Below are positions 40,941 to 54,284 of a stretch of DNA of 64,000 nt, one piece after another. How positions within the stretch are numbered: the stretch's first letter is position 1; every line of letters begins with the position of its first letter. The DNA is from Monocercomonoides exilis PA203 (taxonomy: Eukaryota > Protista > Preaxostyla): the NCBI GenBank assembly GCA_001643675.2, contig LSRY02000008.1, positions 744,001 through 808,000 on the forward strand, read 5' to 3'. Position numbers and translations under genes: made by a program. Under the pieces are notes generated by a model. It was given only the letters and a program-made list of their open reading frames with translations. It was not told the origin of the DNA and did no database searches.

Positions 40941-41920
40941 GAAGAAAAGAGAGAGAAGAACGGTGGTGTGAAAGCCTTAGGCTCTGCGGAGTCCCAGATA
41001 GGATCATTTTCGTGATGAATGAGAGCATGTCCAAGATCACATGAACACCATACTCCATTGGTTTTGCTCACGTTTGCAGAGAATGGGAAGAGTTGAAACT
41101 GAGGCAATTCCAGAAATATTTCGATTAATGGTCATTGAATTCGACTTATTGCCTTTTCTCCTTGAGAGACTAAGTTGGAAAATATTCCTGCCTGTGTGCT
41201 TCAAGGTCAGCGATTTCACTCTTTTCCAAGAAGATATATGGTAAGAACTTGAGAAAGGTGAGTTAAATTAGTACAATATTCCGATTGTTTTAATTTTCTC
41301 AAACCCATAGAAAGTCGTACACAAAGAAGTGGAGCCCAGACATTGTGCTGTTCTATTATTAAAACCACTGAATGAACGAATATCTTACCTTTTTTGAACT
41401 CACGGTGAAGTATGTTTTGTTAGTGATGCTGTTCACCCCCTGTGGATTTCATGAGCTCGAGCAGAAATCAATGACCAGCTTTTTATTTTGAAATAACGCA
41501 ATCTGTTTGTTTGCAATATTCAAGACTTCCAGATCCAGTGAAAACATCACAGTTCCATTCCTCGAGGAGCGGAACAAGTGAATATTCCAAACAACAGCCA
41601 CTAGCGCCTTTAAGGATTGAGTAAAAGCAACACACGAAATAAGAAATACGTTCCTCCTCAATACTTCGCACCAAACACAACTAACCTCAAAGTTAATAAC
41701 AACGCTTCCTTGAATGGGAATGCTAAAAGCTAAGGTAACTGAGGAAAAACGACCATTCACATAAAAGCACACATCGATATCCAAACTATTGTCAAGTGAG
41801 ATCCCGGAGGATCTTATCGCAAAGCAAGTGTGCTCATCAATAACTACTCATACTCCGTCCAGATCATGCTATAAATCGAACCTGGCAAACCGAATGGCCC
41901 GCGTGCTCCTTGCCCCAGAG
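40940..41920 (+). pseudogene. DIRS tyrosine recombinase remnant
   Basis: Position after pol; degenerate LLVMLFT..HELE, KHTSISKL and CY motifs; heavily frameshifted. Confidence 0.55.
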
Positions 41921-43224
41921 GAAAATAGTTCACGATGGGAAGAAGACACAATTATTGAGATAATCTATTTTTCCAAGCAAATAAATAGAATTTCATTTTC
42001 AACGACACAGAGAACAACTACCATAATGTTTGGTCTACCACCAATTTATCTATCAAATCTCTCGAATATATCAACAATACCATTCACCTTCATAAGCACT
42101 GCCTTCAATTCCTCCTCCACAACAAACGATCCTCGTGACTAAGACAGTTCAAACAGTTATATTTCCTTCGAGCGTTGAAGAACCAGAGGATAAGGAGACT
42201 GGAGAGAAGAAAGAATTAGGATCAGAGAAGACCGAAAAAGGATCCGAGACTCAGTGGACAATTAAATGCATCAAGACAAACAAAAACAATGATTTGCCTA
42301 ATAACGAACACTCTTTTAATAAAGAGGTGTTGAATATAACAGTTTTTCGTTCAGAATATAAATTTTATGAACTTTGATTTCGGGAGAAAAATATATCAAC
42401 AACGCCTCTTTTCCCCACAAAAGCGTAGCTCATCCCACAGCTTCATGCTTCTTGTTTTCGAGAAATAAAACCTCACAAAACTGATAATGTCAAATAATTC
42501 CCTCGATATTTAAGCTTGGACCTTCTAATCACAATTAATAACCAGGAATAACGCATGAGATAAAAGAGGAAATAGAATGACGAAGAGAAAAATTGAGTCA
42601 ATATGGCACAGATATGATTGGAGAAATATACAAGCCAAACCAAAGACGAAGCCGCACCAGAATAATACAAATAACATATGCAGTTAGCCATATCGAGAAC
42701 AGATGCTGATAGCCGCGTGCGATTTCCAATGCCTAAATCGAGCGCCATTCACCAAATGCCAAAACAACGTCCCAAGCCAAGCCTGAGGCTATTACCGAGT
42801 GCAACAACGCCTCAGTATACCATTAGGCAAATTGCAAGATTATCGTTTTATAATTATAACTCTTCATCCATTGGAACACATCACTTTTGTATGGGCTGAG
42901 CCCATAATGCAGAGCTCACTCTCTTAACAAAGAGGTGTAGTAGATAGATTTTTCTCAGCGAATTATTTTGAATCCCGCATTTCGATAAATACAGAGTTAT
43001 TTGGAATTTAAGAAAAATAATATCAACTGAATAAATGCATCTATATGCATTACCTGTTTTTTAATGGGGGTATATGAGGGAGTTAAAAGCCTCCCGTTGA
43101 ATTTTAATCGATAACAGATTGATTCGAATGAATTAAATTCAATAAAAATATGCATTTCATGTACAAAAAACTTAATTTCAATGAAAATTGATATTAACTT
43201 CTATAAATTAAATAAATTGGCTTA

Positions 43225-44860
43225 ATGATCATAACACAAAAAATAAAAAAGGAAAAAGGAAGTTGCAAGGAAATCTACTGAGGGTCAGCTGAAGCTGCGT
43301 GAGGCTATGCTATCATTCAAATATCGGCAATTTCGGAATCCTCTGGAGCGAATGGCGCATATTGTTAACGATGGGGCTGTGCGTATGGTGGATGCATACA
43401 ACAGCAAAAAATAAAGCAAAATTCGTATCAAGCGTGCGGTGAAGGCTGTTAGGCAAGGAAGATTGGTTTCAAAAATTATTAGTCCAGCAATTGTCGATGA
43501 AGAAAAAGAGCAAACAGTGCTGGTTGAAATAAAATTCGAATCACTGTCTGGAGCTAGCCTAATTATCAAAAAAATGCGTGAACTGGTTTGTATAAATATC
43601 CTTTGAAATGCATTAATTAATAAGAATAAGATCGAAAATGTTATTAATGATTTGAAGCCAGAAAACACTCCAGATGTAATAGTTTCTTCATCAGTTGCCT
43701 ACGATTTCATCAAGATACCCCTATCTGAAGACTTCAAAGTGAAAATTGTTGATGCAAACAGACTTGCGGTATCATGCCAACAAGTTCAAAAGCCCAGGGA
43801 TGATATGCTCAATGGATTACATCAGAACAACAGTTACAACAACGCACTGATTTTCAACGTGGACGAGTCTTCACTCAGAGTTCCCGATAGCTCCAATCGG
43901 AATGTTGTTCATCCGGCAAGTGCAAAACCATGTTTCGCTAAATCTGCTGCGCGAATGTCGAATTCTACACTGATTGCGGTGGTCGCAGCTGATGGACAAT
44001 CAGTTCCTCCACTTATTTTGTTGCCGAATCTCAAACTCCCTGATGACCTGAAGCCTCTTCAGTCTTCAAATCATGAGATTTGGGAGAACAAATGCAGATG
44101 GATTGAATCTTCGAAGTGAAGGAAGAAGACATTGACAATTCTTCTCCATTCGATCAAAGAAAGAAGACATTGCATGTTATTGAACGAATTATACTGCTTG
44201 CTTTTGATCGACTCCCACATTTCTCGAGCAGATCCAACAATCTGGCTAGAGTTCAAAAAAGAAAATGTGGATGTTGTGACATTCGTCCCTCGCAGCACAC
44301 ACATCTTCCGTCCAACGGACCGAGGCGTATTTGCTGTTTTGAAGTCTAAGATGAGTTTACAGTGCGAAGCACCTTCGTCATTGTCTTCAGCAGCAAAGAG
44401 AACAGCTCCAGTGGAAGCTTCAAAACAATCAATTCATTCTGAGTTATCACCTTCACCTTTTTGAAGAGCTTTCAAAAGCATCAGTATGCTCAAGGACTCA
44501 TCTGGGCCAGTTCTGATGAAGCTTCCTCTATCATCGACTTATTTTCTTCCTTCACATAAAATTCGATTTGACTTTAACGGCGAAGAAATAACAGAAGAAA
44601 AGGTACTAAAAGAGTGAGATGATTATTTGAAAAAGAAAAGCGAAATGGAAAATGAAAAAGAAAACATTTCTGATGAAGAAAATGATGACACAATGAATTT
44701 CACAAAAAAGCTGAAAAGAAAATTCAAAACACTTCTAAATGAGAACGACGTTGAGAAAGAATCATCTTATGAAATTGAAAGAGGAACGGAAAAAAGAATA
44801 ATTTTTAACAATTTTGATTCGAGTTTTGTAATTTATTTTTCGTATGTTTATTTGCATTAT
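43225..44860 (+). pseudogene. pogo/Tigger-like (DDE_1) transposase, decayed, intron 43586-43630
   Basis: IFNVDESSL, VAADGQSVPP, LLIDSHISR, FVPRSTHIFRPTDRGVF. Confidence 0.85.
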
Positions 44861-45949
44861 TAATCATTAAATGTTAATAACTAATTTTAATTTTCATTTA
44901 ATATTAGAATATATTTTAACTTTCTATTATTTGTTATCCCTTGTGGTTGAAATTGAATTAATGAAACTTTCATATTTTTTAGCTCATTTCATTGAAACCT
45001 TGGCATATCACAACATTAAGTTCTATTCAGTCACTCGTTTTTTTAAGATTTTTTGTGATAAAAAAATTTAAAAAAATATTATTAAACATGCAAGGGATGA
45101 ATTTTTCATTCTTGCTTTTCTTATTTTTCAACGAAAAAAATAAAAATTTCAAAAAATTATAGCTATGACCAAATTGATTTCGAAAAATTTTAATAGAAAA
45201 TTTAACGATATTGTGGAAAAATAACAGATTATTTCGAATTGAATAATAAAAGAAACCTAACAATCCAAAACTTGTTGATTTAACATATTTGAAGTTTATT
45301 TTTGTTTGTGTAATTATTTATTTGGAGAATAAAAATTTGTGAAAATGAACTTGTAGGGTTTTGTTCTGCTTTGGGGTTATCTCTCGATTTAGTGAATTAG
45401 GTTTTTTGTTTGTGTTTTATTTTTGTTCATTGTTTTTCACAAATATGTCGAAATATTTTTGAAAAATTGCTTTCGTTTAATTCACAAAAAAATAAAAATT
45501 TCATATTTCAATCAAATTTCTGTTCACACTCACCAAATATCATTGTCTTGAAAACAATATCTTGACTATGTTTTTATTTCCAATTTTGTGAAGTTTCATA
45601 AGTGGGAACAGAAATTTTATCGAAATATGAAATTTGTGCAATATTTGAAAATTAAACAAAAAAAACTTTTCAAAAAAATTTGGACATATGGTTAGGGTTT
45701 GCATCAAAAAATCATTTTTTCGCGCGTCAAAAGCGTGTGTTTCAATTATTGTTCAAGATGAAATGATAAATTATTAAATATTAAAATAAATTTATAACTT
45801 TAAAACTTTCTTTTAAATTAATATAAAAAGATAAATTATGAATTCCTTTCAAATTTTAACAATTCTTTTGATAAGTAGATTTCAATCAAAACTTATAGAA
45901 ATCAACACAAATCATATCAATTCTTTCTCCTTTCAGTCTGTTTCAATCT

Positions 45950-47625
45950 TTCTTCATCCTTAAAAGGCTCAGTCTGAAACACAACCAGATGAATGAATCC
46001 AAACTCCTTCAATTAAACTGCAAGAGTAAATAGCAAAAGTAATTGATTGCTTTCATGTTGAAGCTTGATTCACGATAAATGTGTTACATTCAATATTTCA
46101 AGTGAGAAAGAGAAGGAGATGCTCTGTTTTCGCTTCCATATAGATTATTCTAAAAATGCTCCTCTTCATTAAAAATCCCTTTTCTGTTGAATACCCAGAC
46201 ATGCATCATGAACAGTACAGTAATTGCGCATTCCTTCAAAATAGCTTTTTAATTTGCAGCAGATGTGACTGAAAAGTATTCAAAAAGTGGAGGAAGACAT
46301 CCATTTGAAGAGAGAGGTGAAAATTGCGAGTGATGAAAGAAATATTGGTTGAGGCAGATAATGATGCATTATGCATGTTTTTTTATCTGTAGAATTGTGA
46401 TATGTTTGCATGTTCTATGTTTGCTTGAAAGATTGAGCGGATGAAAGAAGATGAAGGGCGTTGTCGCAATGCAGATAAATGTGCAGAAGATGAGGTATAT
46501 GAAGCAGAAGTCGTTCTGAAATATGTGTTGAAGAGCAGTTCTTTCTATTTGAAAAAGATATCCAGCTGTTGTCTGTGACGTAGTCGCTGAATAAGCGAGA
46601 AATATCGATATATTTCATAAATCGAGCAATTCAAATTTGTAAGGTTCATCTTTCACTTTCTCTCATTTTTTATAAGTCTCATTGCCTTCAAACAAAAGTG
46701 GATCTCCTGGCATTTTCTTCAGAAAAGTGTATCCACTGTGTTGTTTTTATTTTCTCTCTCTTTGTCTTCCAACTCTTCATTCCTTCCATATAAAAGATGC
46801 AATTGTGAATTTTTCAGAAATGATTCTGTTGTCACATTTCTGTTTCATTTCCTTCTTCGAATCTTCTTCATCAAAAAATGAGTTCGATGTTGTTTAAATG
46901 ATGGATAAGTGAGAAGCTTCATGAAATGCATGCTTCTTCCTCACACACTTTTGCAACGAAATATCACATATTTATGTTGTTTAGCACAAAAAGATAACGA
47001 CCAGATAATCTTCATTTCATCTCTGCGTTTTTATTCTCCTCTCCAAGTGAACAGAGTGTGTTTGTATTTCACAGAAAAATACTTTCATCGAATCCCGCTG
47101 TATCTCATAAATGAGCCTTTTGCATCCATGTGATTCGCAATACTCATTTCCTGCGCACAAGAAGGAGATGGTTGAAAATGATTGCGTTTCATCTGAAGAA
47201 GAAATTACTGTGAATGTATTTTTTTTGTTTGTATGGCTGAATATTTTGTTATTTTTCAACATAAATCATCATCATTGTTGTCTTAACAATCGATTCATTG
47301 GTTTCTTCATATCTTTTGTATAGTTCCTGCTTTTTTTGTTCTATTTCTTTAAATGCTCCATTCGAAAGGAATTGAACTGTAAAGTTAAAAGAAGTTGCTT
47401 TAAGCATTGTATTTCTTCCACTCATTGCTAGATAGCGATTGGTTCAGAATGGAAACACATTGATAATTTTTCTTCGCTCAAATGTAACGTAAGTTGATGT
47501 GCGAGTATTCTTTATAAGAAGAAGAAAAAGTGCATGAGGAGGAGAAGGAGGAAGAGAAACAGAAAAATAGTTGTATTCGTTGCCTTCTTTGCTTATTCGT
47601 CCACTGAGATTGGTTCTTGTTAAGA
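45950..47625 (-). pseudogene. Heavily decayed surface-protein family fragment
   Basis: Coding-like remnants (CAGNEYCES, TDNSWISF) with many stops; cut by the MITE at 47629. Confidence 0.4.
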
Positions 47626-47628
47626 AAT

Positions 47629-47883
47629 GGGTGATTATTTCTGAAACACGATATTTTCTATCAAAATTTTCGGTTTAAGTTTTTGTTGTGATTATTCATA
47701 AATGATCCCTGAAAAGTGATAGAGCTGTTATGTGACGCCTCTTCTATTTTTTCAAATCAAACTTTGGCTTTTGAAACGATATGAAAACATTCAAATTTTG
47801 CTTGAAATTATTAAGCAAATGACAATGAAATTTCATTAAAACAAACACCCCTATAAAAGTTATGCATACATAAATAATCACCC
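47629..47883. mobile_element. ~255-bp MITE, Sola2-type termini
   Basis: AAAT|GGGTGATTATTT...AAATAATCACCC|AAAA. Confidence 0.7.
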
Positions 47884-50096
47884 AAAAGGAATAAATTCTG
47901 TCTCTTCGAATTTAATATTCTTATGCATGTTGAGAACCAGACATCTTTCAATGAATGATGACAGGTCTCTCAGAATCATTTCATTTTTTTTTCAATTCGG
48001 TTCTCTTGTCAGATAAGATACGCTCTTCCCAAACAGTGAAGATAAAAGAGAATGATGCACATCATCAAACTGCATATTTCGAACTTGCAGCATCACGAGC
48101 GAATTGGTAATCACACTTGTGGTTTTGGCCGAAGTGATTAGATCAAGTAAATGCTTAAGTACCTTCTCGCTGCTGTCAATGTGTTTGTTGGCTAGCTGCT
48201 CTTTTTCTTCGCTCATAAGCTTGTTCTGAAACATCTCTTTCACTCCATGAATCAGCTTCAGCATCTCGTTGAAAATCTTCCAGGGAAACAAAACCCGCTC
48301 ATTTGTCAGTTAGAATGTCAATGCGCTTCATCTCCCAGATGTCTGCATTTTGTTACATTACACTGCCCAGAATCGATTCTCCACTTTGATAGTTGCCAGA
48401 TACTTGGCATTCCACGAAAATCTCTTTTTCCATTGTGGCTGACACAACAGATAGTATTTGCACAGATCAACAACTGCAGAAATCTTCGTTCTAAAATTCT
48501 TAGTGGTAATTCTGTGTTTGATACAGAATAAACAGAGGAAAAAGAAGAAAATAATTGAATTGCATAAGCTGATGAATACGAAATTTAACTTTATTTCACT
48601 TGCAGCGTAAATATGTGATCAACCTTTCCAATTGTGTTCATAAATCCCATATAACGTGAATGTGAAAGGGCTGATGCCAAGCAGCTAACAACAACTTTCA
48701 CTAATACTGACAATGTATAGCTGTTGCCTCCAATTCATCTCAAAACCTTTCAAAGCGTCAGTGATAGGCCTTTTTTTGCAATAAATCAATTATTTCTAGA
48801 TATCTGTGCTCTATTTAACGTTCAATTCTTGTTTTCATCTTTTGTCACAGCCTCATATTCTCTATTTTCGATTTTATCTTCACCTTATCCTTTTTCTAAT
48901 TATATCATCCGGAATGCTACAAAATTCTGTGTGATAAATAAATATTGCAGTTTCTTCCAATTTTTATTCATATGTGTAATTTCCCCTTCAACACGGACAA
49001 TTATTATGCAAGAAATTAAATCGGATTTAAATGAATTTTCAACAGTGGAATAGACAATTCTGTATGCAGCTATTTTCTATTCTCCATATTCTTTGATAAA
49101 ATAAATATCTTTGTCAAACCTTTCATATGTCATTTCCAATTATCTCCATTTATATCCCGTTTTCTAACTAATTTCTTGATAAATAAATATAATGGACAGA
49201 TTTCTTTTATTTCTTTTGGATAGAGAGTATTTAACATTAATATATGAAAACAAAATATTTGTTATAAGGATGTGGTGTAGGGCAAACAACACAATTATGC
49301 AATATAAATTTGTTATTCAATCTCTTTTTCATTCCTTTTACTTTTCTAATTGAAAATGAAACATTTTTATTCAATATTATTTAGTACTATTTTTGTGATA
49401 AAAAAAGTTAAAAAAAAATAGAAACATTTGACAGAATAATTATTTTGACAGACCTATCTGTCAACCGACTGATCTTTGTCATTCGACAAATCTCGGCAAA
49501 GATCTGTTGAAAACTCATAGAAAAATTTTAAAAATTTCAAAATAATATCATCGTTTTTTGAGGAATTTTTGAAATTTTAATTTATAATGTGAATAACAAA
49601 TAAATAAATTTGTATATTTTTAATGTCTGCAGAATTACGGTTTTTTTTTGAAAAACAAAAAGTAATATTCAATTCGATTATTTAATCTATCGACTTGTCG
49701 AGTCGTTCGAAAAACGTCGGTCTGTCACAGAGGTTTAGGTTTATTCGAAAAATATGAATAACTATTTGACTGGCATGAAAAAATATAATCACTCAACATT
49801 CATTGAATTATTCCTTCCGGAAAGTTTTCGCTTCCTTATTCACAATTGAAAATCATTTCTCACAACTTTTTTACAAACAACAACTTTGAAATGTTTGATA
49901 TTTGTTTCATTAATTAATCACTCTTTTCAAGGAAAAAAAAAATTTGCTTATTGACAAATATTATTTTGTAGTTTTAACTTTATTGGGTAACATTGAGTTT
50001 GGGATAAAACCCGGGATACTTTTGTTTAAAATAACTTTATTAATGTTATTTTCAAACAATCGTATCTCCAATTATAAATCACATTAGATCACATAT

Positions 50097-50350
50097 GTGT
50101 GATTATTTTTTTAATCATTTTTTTTTTTACTAAAAAATCGGTTCGAAAATATCATTTGAATATCAGAAAAAGAAAAAAAAATTGCAAAATCTTATTTAAA
50201 ACATCTTCATTTAAATTTCAGCTGGAACATTTGTTTTTGAAACAATTATGATGAATTTGGTATTTGACAACAAAATCTCTTCCCATAAACAAACAACATA
50301 TGAAAAATTTTCATACCGAATAAAATTGTGATTTTAAAAAATAATCACCA
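50097..50350. mobile_element. ~254-bp MITE, Sola2-type termini
   Basis: ATAT|GTGTGATTATTTTT...AAAAATAATCACCA; interior similar to 4032-4288. Confidence 0.7.
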
Positions 50351-50789
50351 TTATTCATTTTTGTGCCACAAAGAAATGAGTTGTGTGTTAAAAATGAAAA
50401 AAAAATGGGGAAAAGTTTTAGACTTCATGCATTTTCATTGAAAAATTTTGTACTTTTCATTGTCTTTTTTATATCAAAAAACGCAATAAAAATGAATCCA
50501 TTTTTTGACATTCGTAAAATGTCACAAAACTTAATGTTTTGATTTCAACGATGCCTGTTAACGGATATAAAAATCAATATTATTTTGAAATCAGAGAAAG
50601 TGAAACAAAGTTAAAAGTGAAGCATTTTTTCCTTACCTTGTACATGAAAAACTTGGAAGAACGTAATTTCCCACAAATCCATAATTGGTTTTTTCTCTTT
50701 ATGCAGATTTGAAATGATTCACATAAAAGTTGTGTACACTTTTCATGTTATGGTAAAAAAATAAATTTTTTTTTATTAATGTTCACAAG

Positions 50790-53700
50790 ATGCGTATGAC
50801 GAACTATTGCATGATTTATCCATCGTGTTAGACACTGCACCAACTCATGCAAAAACTATGATGCTTCAAGCCTTATCTCGTCACTCTTCTCCAAAGATTT
50901 TGTCATCTTTCAATAATAACATTTCACAAGGAAAAATCAACAATATTGAACGGACGTTGCAGAAAAATCGAGCTGATATTGTTCCTCCTCAAAAACCTTC
51001 AATATCATCATGAAGAAAAAATTTCTTTTTATATAAGATTCAAAGTTTTTTTTTTTCACTCATATGTATTATAAAACGTCTTTCACAAATCGAATGGATG
51101 TTAGGGAACAGTTGGTTGCAGGAATATTCTTCTCATTCATCTTAAAAATATGGCAAATTAACACAAAAAAAAAAATAATGGATAAAAGTATATAAGAAGA
51201 ATGAGAATGGAATGATATTAAAATTTCTGAAAAGTCACATCCAACCTTTCATTACAAACCCTTTTTCAACAACAAGGAAGAAACGATGAATAATATTTCC
51301 GTAGACAAAAGATTAAGATATAAAGAAATATCTGAAACGAAGGATAATTCCAAACCAAATTCTGTCAGACTAGGAAATCATAAACGCAACAGTGGGAAAT
51401 TGAAAAGAAAAACTTCAAAAATCAACGAAGCACAATTTCAGAAGAAAAGATTAACTAATCCCAATTCTCTGCGAAAAAAAAGCGAATGCGATCCCAATTC
51501 AACTCAACCTATTGTTTATCCAAATTCGCCTTCAATAATTTCCATTAACACTTTCAAATCGTTATTATCGAATGCAATACCAGAGACATCAATCGAGTTG
51601 AATAAATGAAAATTAATTCTTAGTCAGCAAACTTTAGGTTGGAAAGTGATATTTCAGAGCACTGATTCTTTTGAAATGGGAAAATATCGAAAGAATAGAG
51701 AAATGTTCCGCATTTCATGTGTAATCCAACTTCAACAAAAGCTTCAAAAAATATTCTTTATTCTGAAACATAAAAACAATTGGAAAAAGTTAACATTTTT
51801 ATTTTCTCTTTGCTTTTGGGAATAGGGCGAAGTTCACGCATCGAACATTGTCCACAAAATTATCAATATGTCACAGTGAAAGGAGAAAACTTGGTCAGAA
51901 GTAAATTGAAAAGAAAATATTGGAAAACCTTGATGTCATTTGCTTCTTTGCAAGTGCCTTTCAATGTGTAACGTCTTCTTCATTATTCAACAAGTCACTT
52001 TTTGTAAAACATAGAAACGATTGCGGTTTATCATATCAATTATTTTACATACAGCTGATTCTTTTTTGAAACTTCCTTTTGAAAAAAACAAAAAAATTTT
52101 AAAATTTCATGTATAAATCAATTTTTTTGTTCCCATTAATGAAATTTCACTTCAATTGTAATAGATCCTTAACAGTGTAGTTATTTCAATTTCGGAAAAG
52201 TTTCTTAAGTTTGAAAAGAAATTTGATGAAAATATGAAATTTTTGGATTTTTTTGTTTTTTCAAAAGGGAGTTTACAAAAAAATTATACATATTTTAAGA
52301 AATTTTTGATACTACAAATTATCCGAAAACTTGGCCCCATCCATTAATTTTTCTATTTGAAAGGGAAAACGATTTACAACATCACCAACAATAATCTGCT
52401 TTTGAAGCAAATCAATGGGTTCTTTACATCTTTATTGATTAAAATTCATCGACCAAACAAAAGTTAATGAATGGAATTAAATATCGCACAAAATGTCAGC
52501 AATGCCATGACGTTCGTAAAGCAGAAAAAAACCAACTATTTTACCCAATTAGTGAAAATGGCACTGTTATTGTATTGAATCAATTTTTCGAATTAGAAAC
52601 GTAACGGTTAACAATTGAGCATAATGTTAATACTGAAAGAAACACCGAAATTTATAACATCTTGCTTTTTTTAATCAATTTCCTGAATGTTAAATATCAA
52701 GTTATGGATGCATATATATATATATATATAAGCGAAATTTCTTTTTTGAAAAGGAAATCTTTTCTTCAAATATAATTGATATTTAATTATTATCTTTATC
52801 ATCAAACATTTAGGTCGAAATCATTTCATTATTCATTTCATTGAGTTCAAAAGGCGTCTTTTCATATAACTTCCTCTGAAAAAGCAGACTGTCTATTTTT
52901 TATTTATATAACTTGTTTATTGAATTCATTTTCACCGTCTCACAGATATATTCCAACATTTTCATATGAAAACAATAATTCATCATTGTTTGGACTGAAC
53001 AAACGAATTCATTAAATTAAACAGTGGAAAAATTTGCTTACTGATAAACATTGCTCTCAATAAAAAATGAGAAATTATTAACTTGTCCATTCTCTTCCTC
53101 ACTTGATTCAGCTACCAATTCTTCATCTAAACTCCGCAAAATCTCATCTGTTTCAAAAGGAGCTCAATTTTCATCAATCAATTGCAACATTATTTCCTCT
53201 GTTTCAAAAAACACATCTTCAACTTTTCTTCAACAGAATTTGTTCACAAATTCAAGGCATGTCCCACTAATTTTTTCTCCTGAGAAAAAAGACTAATTTT
53301 CATACCAAAAAATCAGCTTTGGAAAGATTTTGTTAATGAAACAAGTATCAAACTATCATTATCATACTTTTACAAACTTACAAAAAATTATGTTAAAGCA
53401 AGGAAAAGGACGGACATGTGTGGTTATTGTCAACATTTACAATCTTTAGAAAAGAAACATCAATTATCCAATTCCTCACATATTCTGACCGAAAAGGAAT
53501 TATCAACAATGAAATCTTTTAAGGAACATAAACTTTTTTCACATTGGCTAGGGAATATAACAATCATTGGGTTCATAATACCAAAGGAGAAATAGTTTGC
53601 TCATTTGATTCAAAAGAGAAACAAAAGCATCGACTTCGTTTTGTCAACTTCAGCAAGAATTCAACCAGGATAGCCAAATATCTCAGTTTTCAGTAATCAC

Positions 53701-54230
53701 GTCCCAATCTGTCGATTATCATTTATCCAAATATGATATAACTTTTTCTTTCATTGCTTTGCCAACGATCATAGCATCGTTACTGATTGCCTTGAATCTG
53801 TTTTCAGAATGGACTTCTTCAAAAATGCTTAGGCAATTAAATTTTTCTGTGATACAAAACCCAATAATAGAAATAGATATCTTCTTCACTTCACATAATC
53901 CACTCATTCTCATCTATTCAACAAAATTAGGACAGAAAATAACTATATTGCAGAACATCATGAGAAAAATGTTTACAGTGGTGAATTTGGAACTTTGGTT
54001 AACTTTGAAAACAATAATGTGGATAAAAATAAAAAAAACACTTCCTCAGTTGTTTCCTATCTTTTCAGCTCATTTTGACTCATTATATAAAAGTTTCAGT
54101 TCAACACAGTCTAATGAACAAAAACTACAAATTTCAACAAATAATTTTCGAAACCACATAAAAGTTAAAAAGCATCAAAGTTTTTTCGTAAAATATACCA
54201 CATCAAAAACAAATGTTAACCCTTAGCTGA
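50790..54230 (+). pseudogene. Second, decayed USP-containing Sola2-like transposase
   Basis: PPQKPSISS (vs SPQKPPIPP in copy 1); Cys box LENLDVICFFASAFQC at 51920-51967; CQQC near 52495; IKLSLSYFYK..RKRTDMCGYCQ; FDSKE; FFCDTKPNNRNRYLLH; AEHHEKNVYSGEFG. Confidence 0.75.
52050..52310. repeat. Palindromic MITE-like insertion inside the decayed USP domain
   Basis: aaacttccttttgaaaaaaacaaaaaaa...aaatttcat / atgaaattt...tttttgttttttcaaaagggagttt inverted arms. Confidence 0.6.
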
Positions 54231-54284
54231 CAATTGATCATATGAAATGTTCCACATGTTACGGAAAATGTAGAAAAAGAAAAT

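Larger units (their letters stand above)
33392..42957 (+). mobile_element. DIRS1-type tyrosine-recombinase retrotransposon, decayed, interrupted by 33615-38382
   Basis: Inverted termini TGAGAAAAA.../...TTTTTCTCA with an identical 28-nt core (33430-33457 / 42894-42921), ICR-like block 42310-42412, and gag-like, RT, RNase H, MT and YR remnants. Confidence 0.85.

Noticed and set aside
47900-49200. Decayed minus-strand ORF remnants
   Set aside because: No motif I can recognise; not assigned
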